From the human T2T-CHM13v2.0 reference genome, Homo sapiens, in the NCBI RefSeq assembly GCF_009914755.1, contig NC_060926.1: DNA of 64,000 bases; one strand, given 5' to 3'. Position 1 is the first letter of the stretch, and each line of letters opens with the position of its first letter. The translations under genes and the position numbers were made by a program. Below are positions 55,280-64,000 of this stretch, piece after piece. The notes under the pieces were generated by a model. It was given only the letters and a program-made list of their open reading frames with translations, did no database searches and was not told the DNA's origin.

Positions 55280-55760
55280 AGTCAAGGTGGTTTGAATATT
55301 AGTTTTGGAGTCAGATTTGTTGGGATTAACTCTGGGAGTTAGTATTAGTTTATCTAGTTGTGTGACTTTAAGAATGCTACTTGTCTTCTTTGTGCCTTGT
55401 TCTCTTTATTCATACATTAGGGTCATAATAATAGTAACTACACCAAATCATTAATTATAAGAGACCAAAAAGTTAATTCACATATATATATATATATATA
55501 TTCTAAATATATTTAGAACAGCGTTTGGCGCAAAATGGGCAGTAGATACATTTTAGCTATAACAGTGAAATATAGTTTGGAATCAGGCAGACTTGGTAGA
55601 AATTTAAATCGACTACCTACTCATTTAGCTGCATATAGCCTCAGTTTTCTGATCTGCAAAACAGATACAGAAAGGTAGTGTAAAGAGTTTATGAGATAAA
55701 GTACATAAAAATCTTATCGCAGTGGCTGGGCATCTTGAATAGTTTTTGATAAACGTTATG
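55280..55760 (+). mobile_element. Two MIR relics
   Basis: TTTTGGAGTCAGA..TAGTTGTGTGACTTT..TTTAGAACAG and TTTGGAATCAGGCAGACTTGG..GCCTCAGTTTTCTGATCTGCAAAA. Confidence 0.65.
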
Positions 55761-55766
55761 CTAAGA

Positions 55767-56721
55767 CAGTTATGCATTGCTTAACGAAGGGAGTATGTTC
55801 TGAGAATACATCATTAGGACATTCCATTATTGTGTGAACATTATAGAGTGCACTTACACAAAGTTAAGTGGTATAGCCTATTACACAGTTATATGTTATA
55901 GCTGTAACAGTAATAAGTTCCTTGCCTTATGCATGCAGCAAGTCAACCCACAAAGATACTGGGTTACGGCAGAATAAGAGGTTTAATCCTAAGGCCACTG
56001 AACAAGGACATGGAAGGAAAAGTCAAATCTGTCTCTCCAAGGAGTATGGGGCTAGGAATTGGAAGAGTTTTGAAGTGGGCTGAAGTGTGATGGTTGATTT
56101 GTTGAAGAGTTCAGGGTGAAGTTATGAGACAGAAAGATGAAGAAACTATTCTCTTGTTAATTCAGTTCCTCTGTGGGATCTTTAAACTGGTTGGCTTTTC
56201 CACTGGAATTCAGGATCTGCTTAAACAATTCTTAAACACAAGCTTTATGATTCTAAATTCAGAAATCCTATCTATAGGAACAATGGAAATGGAAATGGTC
56301 AGTGTCTAGTGCTATGTGACTTTTGGTTACAAAGAAGTGGGTCAAAATGCACAAAAGATGTGATAGGCAGGAGAAAAAGCAGGCCATTTGACCTAGACTG
56401 AGCTAAAATACTTTGTGCTTCAAAATCAACCCACGTTTGACATTAACAACAATGATTGTATTTCTGTCCAGAATTCTTGTTAACCCTGTGAGGACAGTTT
56501 CATAGCTTGTTTCTCCTGGGCTACAAACCGGTACAGGGTACAGAATGTTACTGTATTGAACAGTGTAGGTAATTATAACACAATGGTATTTGTGTATCTA
56601 AACATACCTTAACATAGAAAAGGTACAGTAAAAATACAGCATTATAATATTATGGGACCACAGTCACACATGCAGTCAATCATTAACCAAAACTTTTTTT
56701 TCCTTTGGTGGCACGTGACTG
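55767..56721 (-). mobile_element. Tigger3/MER7-type DNA transposon MITE, split by an LTR
   Basis: Degenerate TIRs CAGTTATGC...GCACGTGACTG followed by TA. Body GTGTATCTAAACATA..AACATAGAAAAGGTACAGTAAAAATAC..ATTATAAT.TTATGGGACCAC. Confidence 0.85.
55903..56502 (-). mobile_element. ERV solo LTR (LTR47/MER72-like; family uncertain)
   Basis: TG...CA ends, perfect 4-bp TSD TAGC (55899-55902, 56503-56506). Tigger sequence resumes cleanly after it. Confidence 0.75.
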
Positions 56722-56924
56722 TACTTTTAAAGTAAGAGATGGGTATGAAGTCAGAATTGAATACATGTTTTTTTTCTCTCCCTTATCTCACAACCTCTTA
56801 CTTGCTCATTCAATCTTTATGAAAGATGTGACAGGTAAAAGAAAAAGCAGGTCATTTGATCTAGATTAGCTAAAATACTTTGTGCTTCAAAGTCAGCCCA
56901 CGTTTGACATTAACAACTATAATA

Positions 56925-57125
56925 GTCACCATTTACCGAATATCCCCTTACTGCATCTCACATCATCTAGGTAGGTTCCTAGAAACCTATTATTCTATAA
57001 TAATTATTATTTCTGCTTTTCTGATGGGGAAACCAAGGCTTAGGCGGTGAACTAACCCATGCACAGACCACACAGCTAATGCACAGCAGACACTGGATGT
57101 GAAAGCAAACTGTTCAAACTCATAG
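56925..57125 (-). mobile_element. MIR relic
   Basis: TTTTCTGATGGGGAAACCAAGGCTTAG...CACACAGCTAAT. Confidence 0.65.
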
Positions 57126-58715
57126 TAACACCTGCCCCAAAATTAAAGCAAATGGTCTCTATAAATGTTATGGATAAGTAGGCTTTTTAAAAAATAAATT
57201 CTATACTCATTCTCAGGCTCCACAGCCTATTTCTCTAAATTGTTCTCAAATATTGGGACTTTAAACATAAAAATGGAGACACATTCCATTCTGAAATACA
57301 AGCAGAATACCTAAGAAACAAATTAGCCTGTTCAATGAAATTGTGACTGAGAAAGGGCTGTAGAATAACCCTGGGCTGGTAATTATCTCTGGAACAGTCA
57401 GCTTTTTCAAAGCAAACAGACTGACTGGTGATTATAAAGTGATGACCAGTTCAAAGAAAATTACACTTGCTGAACAGTTAAATGAGGCCCCTGGACTGGG
57501 CCTCTCCCCTCTTTGAAATTTCTGAGATCTTAGAGAAAATCATAGCATAAAGATAATTTTTTTCTTTATAATACTGAAATCCATTGAGAGAGTGAATAGT
57601 AGATAAATTTCTGATTTAGCTCATATACTTAGAAGGGGTAGGTTGTGAAATGTCAAAATTACAGCCACAAATGATGCCTGAAAACAGTTGCAATCTTTCA
57701 TTAAAAAATAAGTACAATTAAATAAAATTGCAAAGACATCCATTTCCAAGAACAGAAAGTCTGCCTTGTCTTTGTATAAGCTTCAAATTAATCCTTTGAA
57801 TAAAAGTGCCATGAAATAACGTTGTCTTGGATATTTATTGGAAAGATCAGAAGTATTTTCCAAAAAATTTTTAGTGACTTTGTCTGTATGATACTGTGAC
57901 CACACCCCCGCCCTTTAAATTTGGTCAGTTGGTCAAGTCTACCCCATGAACATTGTTCAGTTCACTTTACATTTAGTAGTAGCTCTTCGGTCAAGCACCT
58001 GATATTCTGCTCAGTAGTGAGGATTCAGCACTAAATAAGATGTCATCCTTTTCCTTAGGAAGCAGACAGCCTGGTCTGGGGAACCTCTAGTCTTGTGGAA
58101 ATAAGTATGAAGATTTTCCTTCCAGCCGATACTTGCTTCAGCAAAGGAATATGGAAATATTTGTAAAACAGGTCTGGAATCAGGGTAGGCTGCTGAGATG
58201 ACTTAACATTCTCTATTGTAGTATTAATGTTTCCTTTCTTTTTGTGCTTGGGTCTCATACCTAGGTCCTGGAGAAATTTGGCATGGCAGAAGGTAAATGA
58301 GAGACTTAATTTTTCTGATAAGCATTTAAAATACACTATAGCATTTATGAAACATATTGCCAATATGATAGAGGAATAGGGCCACTCTGATGAGATTGTC
58401 CCCAACATCATAGTCCAAGTAGCATTGTCACACTCTTTTCCTAATTTCTATGTATTCTCAGCAATGTTAAGGTCCCATATCCATCCCTGGATTAGAGTAG
58501 TTTTCATTTCTGCTGATACCACAGCTGATGTGTCATTTCAAGGTTCTGTTCCCAATAGGCCCCTTTGCAATCAGCCCTACTCTTAGGCTCTTCCTCTTAA
58601 CTGCCACCAAATTCTATGGAACATTTGGGGATGTGGAGACATTAAATTAAAGCAGCGCAAACAACTTTAAAGTCAATATTAGATGTTTCTACAGCTAAAA
58701 CTTCACTCTCATTTT

Positions 58716-58959
58716 CTTGAGAGCTTGTTTGGAGGTTCTAGCAGGGCAGTGCAGCTACTCGTATACCCTTGACCGAAGACCAGTCCTCCTCTATCGGGGA
58801 TGGTCATCCTGTTTGGCCGAGCGCGCAGCTTTGGGAAGGGACACACATGGAGTGGTGGGGGAGGAGAGGGACACCCCCCCAGCCAGCCAGATTAGCCAAA
58901 TCTACCCTGGCGATCAATGGGTGACAGATGTCGCAGCCAGATCGATCACCTTCACATCC
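58716..58959 (-). pseudogene. 7SK snRNA retropseudogene (RN7SK-derived), 3'-truncated and tailless
   Basis: Minus strand reads GGATGTGAAGG..GATCTGGCTGCGACATCTGTCACCC-ATTGATCGCCAGGGT...CTTCGGTCAAGGGTATACGAGTAGCTGC...CTAGAACCTCCAAACAAGCTCTCAAG, the first ~240 nt of 7SK. Perfect 15-bp TSD CACTCTCATTTTCTT (58704-58718, 58960-58974). Confidence 0.96.
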
Positions 58960-59109
58960 CACTCTCATTTTCTTAATTCAAACTCTAGATTCTTACATGT
59001 CTTCCTCCCTCCTTCCATGTTTTGATCTTCTCACTTAACATTCATGTTCTAGTGTCTGTTTATTTCTAAAACAGATCATTTATTTACATATTAATTTTTC
59101 TTTGCTTTT

Positions 59110-59408
59110 TTTTGTTGTTGTTTTTTGAAACAGGATCTCGTTTTGCCACCCACGCTGGAGTGCAGTGGCATGATCTCAGCTCACTGCAGCCTCTGTCTCC
59201 TAGATTCAAGTGATTCTCCTGACTCAGCCTCCTGAGTAGCTGGGATTACAGGTGCACACCACCACAGCTGGCTAATTTATGTATTTGTTTTTAATAGAGA
59301 TGGGGTTTCACCATGTTGGCCAGGCTGGTCTCAAACTCCTGACCTCAGGTGATCTACCTCGGCCTCCCAAAGTGCTGGGATTACAGGCAAGAGCCACTGC
59401 AGCCGGCC
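59110..59408 (-). mobile_element. AluS (Sx/Sz-like)
   Basis: T-rich tail, CTCCTGACCTCAGGTGATC. TSD TTCTTTGCTTTT on both sides. Confidence 0.94.
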
Positions 59409-59824
59409 TTCTTTGCTTTTTTTTTTGTTTGTTTTTCAATAAACAGGAGACAATTTAGGGACCTGGAGCTGTACCCTTTTCCCAAAGAGTCATCTAATAA
59501 TACTTGTAAAAGAAAGAGAAATTCTAGGTACTAATTTCAAGATGATATATGGTTTCATTCTTCTGCCATATGTGAATAAGCAGATGATTTAACAACAGGA
59601 GTCACACATATACCTTGTCTCCCAGATGGACGCCACAGTTCTTGTGAATGAGATTCATATTTTACACTTTTTTGAATGTCCTATTTCATTTAATATAGCA
59701 CTCTAAACATGTAACTCATAGAAGGCAAAGAATGTGCCGCATGCTAAATGAGCATATGTTGCTGCTTTTGTTGAAACAGCAGAATGTAGGAGGTAGAATT
59801 TTATGGAAAAAAGCAGGCTTTACA

Positions 59825-59945
59825 GCTATCCACTTACTATATGAATTTGGGGTAAATCATTTAACTATTCTGAGCTTCAGTGTCTTCGTCTGCCAAATTG
59901 ATTTCATATGTCACAGGAATGTTGTGAGAATTAAATGAGGTAAGA
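59825..59945 (+). mobile_element. MIR relic
   Basis: CCACTTACTATATGAATTTGGGGTAAATCATTTAAC..CTGAGCTTCAGT...GTTGTGAGAATTAAATGAG. Confidence 0.7.
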
Positions 59946-60178
59946 AATCAAAATACAATTATGTTTCTTCCTCTTTTTCACAGTATATAGTCCTGTGAAT
60001 GCAAAAAAAAAAGTAAGTACAGAATGAAAAGTTTTAAGCTCTCTCCATGTCCAGATTCAAATAGAAAGAAAGGCAAACTTGCTGTTGGCTAAGAGTCTTG
60101 GTGTTGGATCTCATTTGTTTTTCAGCCTACGTGGCTTCATTTCCAGTGGATGACAGCATATTCACCGTGTATCTGGCC

Positions 60179-60757
60179 TGTAAAATCATGCTTTAGCATC
60201 TGCACTACATGCCTACGCCAGATACAACTTGCTCTGGGACAATCTAATAACACACTTGAGTCATTTCACCTTGACCTCCTGCCTTCCCTGTCACCTCTTT
60301 CCTCTCCTTGGGAGGAGCTGTCCTCCCAGGGGCACACTTTACAAAAACAAATCAACCAATCTCAAATCACACCCCTAACCACCTCTCTTACCAGGCTGTC
60401 ACCTTACAGCCACCATTCCACTGCCCTAATCATCGCAGGGCCAAATACCAGACAACTAAGGACAGCCCCTATGCTCCAGAGCCCATGGCAGTTATTCAAA
60501 TGAGCTGATCCCAAGTCTGCAGATCTAACCTCGCCTGCTTCTTCCTGTGGTAAACACAATAAAGGCTGTGTCCCTTGCTTTTTCCCCATTCTCTGCCTCT
60601 TGACCAACCCTGGTTCTTTCCCGCATGGCCTGTGTGATGTGCTGCACCCCGTCTGGTAGGGAACTGTAACAAACTATTTCTTCAATGGAAACCATGTCTT
60701 GACTTGCTGACCTTTCTATATTTCAAATTTTCTATTAATACACTGTATTTTAAAACA
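60179..60757 (+). mobile_element. MER74-like ERVL solo LTR
   Basis: CCCTAATCA..CAGGGCCA..TACCAGACAACTA.GGACAGCCCCTATGC.CCAGAGCCC, ACAATAAAGGCT, and end TTCTATTAATACACTGTATTTTAAAACA. Confidence 0.75.
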
Positions 60758-61277
60758 CATAGCATAATTCAGACAAGTGTCAATGGGACCATTCTATTCT
60801 TGCTTTGCCATTAAGCCAATTGGTCTAAACTGACTTTTTCTTTTAAGCTAGATATCTGAAAAGAGAATTGATTGGCCTATAGTTACATGGTTTATTTCAT
60901 TTGTGAAAAACTGGCATTATTTGGTTCTCACTGAACTTTAATATTGTTATATTTATTATTTTTGAGTATATAATAGGCACAGAGACACTCATGGGACAAT
61001 CGGGAGAAAAAAGAAATTAAATAATCAGACAAATATATGTAAACTTATATCTGTGAAAATTGCTGTAAAGAAGAGTCATGAGACATAGAATAAGTTTCCA
61101 ACATCGTTTGATGGCTCAAGGAAAGATTCCCTGTGAAGTTGACACCTGAGCTGAGATCTGACAGGAGAGCAGGAGACAAGTGATGCGAGGAAGGAATCTC
61201 CCTTCCCTGGGTAGATGTCAGGCTAGAGAGTAGCAAAGAAGTTCACGGCTTCTCCCTTAGCACCCAAGATCTCTTGC

Positions 61278-61316
<39 letters not shown>
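61278..61316. repeat. (AAT)13 microsatellite
   Basis: Read directly. Confidence 0.95.
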
Positions 61317-61320
<4 letters not shown>

Positions 61321-61589
61321 TAACAAGGAGAGCAATAGAATATGTATATTTTTAAAAAATCAACAGAATTCTTCTAAACTAGTATAATTTTAATATTATT
61401 TGATAATAAAGACACATACCAATTTGAAGTCAATGTCTTATGTAAAAAATGTTCTAAAATATAAAATTAACAATAATATATGATACTAAGATGGATCTAA
61501 CTGGAAATAGAATAAAATATTTCCTCTTGTAAAGTGCTGAAGACATTACAATGCATGTCATATACGTTCAATGTGCAGGCAACACCACA

Positions 61590-63350
61590 TTATATTCATT
61601 TGTTCATCTATGAAACTTTTACTGACAGCTACAAAGTTTTAGGTCCACAGGATGCAATGTAATAGAGAGTCAGATTTCCTATGCCAAGGTATTTACAGCA
61701 TAGCTAAGGGTACAGAAAAGAGATGCATGATTACAACACAAAGGACCTTTGAGGAGACGCTAAGGAGTGAAATTATATCAGACAACAGAATCCCAGCAGG
61801 CATTTTAAAAGAAAAGAATTGTGAAAGGAACCTTAAAGAATGAAGTGGTGTTGCACACCCTGGGATTCTTGACACATCTAACACTTAAGCAAGGGAAACA
61901 GGTTGGGAAAGCAAGGAAATGAAGAGGCCAGGAATGTCTTTTAGGGAAACTTTTAAATAATTTCATAATGAAAATTTTAGAGCTGGATAGCAATGAATGC
62001 TTCGTTTTATATTTAAAGGTTTGCTGTGATTTGGAGAAGTCAGGTGACTTGCTAAGGGATACACAACTAATTAGTTCCTTAGCCAGAACCAGATTCTCTG
62101 CCTCCTAACTCCACAGCATGTGGCAGGAACCAGAGCCATACAGGAAAAGCAAAAGTGCTGTAACATAATGTTGAGGTATTTTAGGGACATGATCTCACAT
62201 TGGAGTCTTTTTCAAGACTTTGTGCTGCCAAATGTGTTTAGGAATAAATTCGCATCCCTGATCCCCTGTATCCTGCAAGGGTTATGCTGTAATTGACCTC
62301 ACTAGGAAAAACCCACTTGTGCTAGAAATGCATCGCTGCAAAGAAGTCAGCTCACCTATGGAGTTGCTCAATCCAGAAAACAAAACTAAATGAAGGTTGG
62401 AAGAATTTTTGAAAAGACCAGGAACTAAGACAACAAATATTCTTTCTTGACTTGTGAGTTTCTTCTGTCATTCTTCCATACCATATATTAGCACAATAGA
62501 GAAACATAAAGAAAAGTTTGTTTTTATTAGTTTGTTGTTGTTGTTGTTGTTGTTTGTTTGTTTGTTTTTAACATTTGTTTTTCTAGTCTGTGCCTAAGAG
62601 ACCCATATAGGAACTGGAACTTTAGTTAGCTGTATCTTCAATAGAGCTAAGGCACGTTGCTTGAATAGTGCATAATGGTCTCTTACCTAAGGCACATCTA
62701 TTAACCAGTTAATGCATTCTGTCAGAACACAGTAATTCATTACTTATTAATGTATGTGCTACTGATACATCAGTAAATTATGTAAGTCTTTCACATCATC
62801 CTACCATTTGAGAGAGACCATGGCTCTTGTTCACTGAAAGTTTTATATCTAATAAGGTTGGATAGGAAACAACCAACCAACCAACCTATATTTCAGTTTG
62901 GGAAATTCCCCCACCCCAGTCAACTCTATCTTAGCATTCCTTTAAGATTTATTTCAAGTGTCTGTCACCTCTTTTTTCTTTTTTGCCTGACCTTCCATAA
63001 ATGGGCCATGTCCTCTTCCTCCTTGCTCTGAAATTACTCTGTACTTATTGCAATTATAGCACTGATCACGTCACACTGTGGTCATAGGCTTAGGTGTCTT
63101 TCTCCTCCATTAGACTGAAAACTCTTCAACGTTAAGGACTGTATTATATTTATTTTTACATTCTGCATATAAGAATATAGAATGCTTAGATGCCCTAGTA
63201 ATGTGGCAGTGAAGACAATTAAATACATGCCAAGCAGCTGTACATTTCACATGGATAAGGATCATGCCATGTTCATGTTTGCATCCAAGAGAATTCTAAG
63301 CATGGCACAGGGCAGAAACACAGTAAGTTTAATTAATAAATGTGCATGAA
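61590..63350. mobile_element. Cluster of L2 and MIR relics in both orientations, with a short (TTG)n/(TTTG)n run at ~62530-62570
   Basis: ATTCATTTGTTCATC.. (L2, minus), GTGACTTGCTAAGG..ACACAACTAATTAG (MIR, minus), TTCCTTTAAGATTTATTTCAAGTG...CTCCATTAGACTGAAAACTC (L2, plus). Confidence 0.5.
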
Positions 63351-63519
63351 TAGAAAGTAAATTGAGGGTAAAAACCTTATACGTTAATAACAATAAACAA
63401 AAAATATATCTCTTTTTATTTAAAGACTAAAGAAATTTTATAGACAATGAGAAGGTGTTAGCTAGCTGAAAACCCTGAATTCTGGACAGAGAGAAAAAAG
63501 GAGGCAGAAACCTCAAATG

Positions 63520-63900
63520 GAAGACAAGTTACATACAGACATATCAATGAGAATGAATCCAGCATGCTTAAAGAGAGGTTGGTTAGAATATTGCCACATA
63601 GGTGGGTAAGTCCAGCCAGTCAAACCTAAACAAGGTTCACAAAGCCATAATTTATAGGTTTTTGAAGATATGTGACAAGAAACATGAGGTAAATACAGAT
63701 TAATACCCCAATTTTAGTCAGTCGAATTTAGGTATTTCCTGGAGAAGCAATGACAAGCTTCTACAACAATCTGCAGATGATATACATGTTTTACTTTCCT
63801 AATTAATGCTAAATGGAGGGTGCAGATTTGTTAATGATGATAGAATTTTCACATTCAAACAAAACTTAGCGATGTACAAAAATTGCAGTTTTTAAAATTT
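63520..63900 (+). mobile_element. Possible CR1/L3 RT relic
   Basis: TGCAGATGAT (ADD-like), followed by ..GGAGGG...GATGATAGAAT..ATTCAAA, resembling recalled L3 RT sequence. Confidence 0.3.
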
Positions 63901-64000
63901 CTTTGGCAATGTCTAAAAATACATAAGGTCTTGTGAATATGACTTAATTAGTTACTCACACTTTAGTCCATCATGTAACAGGTGTTAAATTTACAAATAA

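Noticed and set aside
58716-58959. Functional 7SK gene
   Set aside because: 3'-truncated, mutated, TSD-flanked, with no recognisable upstream PSE/TATA promoter or oligo-T terminator at the proper place.
58717-59025. 102-aa ORF
   Set aside because: Antisense reading of the 7SK pseudogene.

Overview
Primate (most likely human or great-ape) AT-rich genomic DNA that is almost entirely transposable-element derived. I find no protein-coding gene. The ORF-track entries are frameshifted L1 ORF1/ORF2 fragments, antisense read-throughs of L1, Alu or LTR sequence, or chance ORFs. Content: about 9 LINE-1 copies of different ages, including two near-full-length L1PA-type elements nested in older L1MA/L1MB hosts. 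There are about 11 Alu/FLAM copies, 9 solo LTRs (MER4, THE1, two MER34-like, LTR12, MLT2, MER9, an LTR47/MER72-like ERV1 LTR, MER74), a Tigger3-type MITE, many MIR/L2 relics, probable CR1/L3 relics and a tailless 3'-truncated 7SK retropseudogene. I did not find a new multi-gene biological system. The notable signals are mutational or architectural: an L1>AluY>LTR12 nest with all TSDs readable, a ~105-bp local templated insertion inside an LTR, paired template-switch quasi-palindromes in an L1 3'UTR, a ~112-bp monomer array in an old L1 5'UTR with an odd 5' microsatellite, and an inverted Alu pair. Subfamily names come from recalled consensus sequences, not from a database search, and boundaries of the old elements are approximate.
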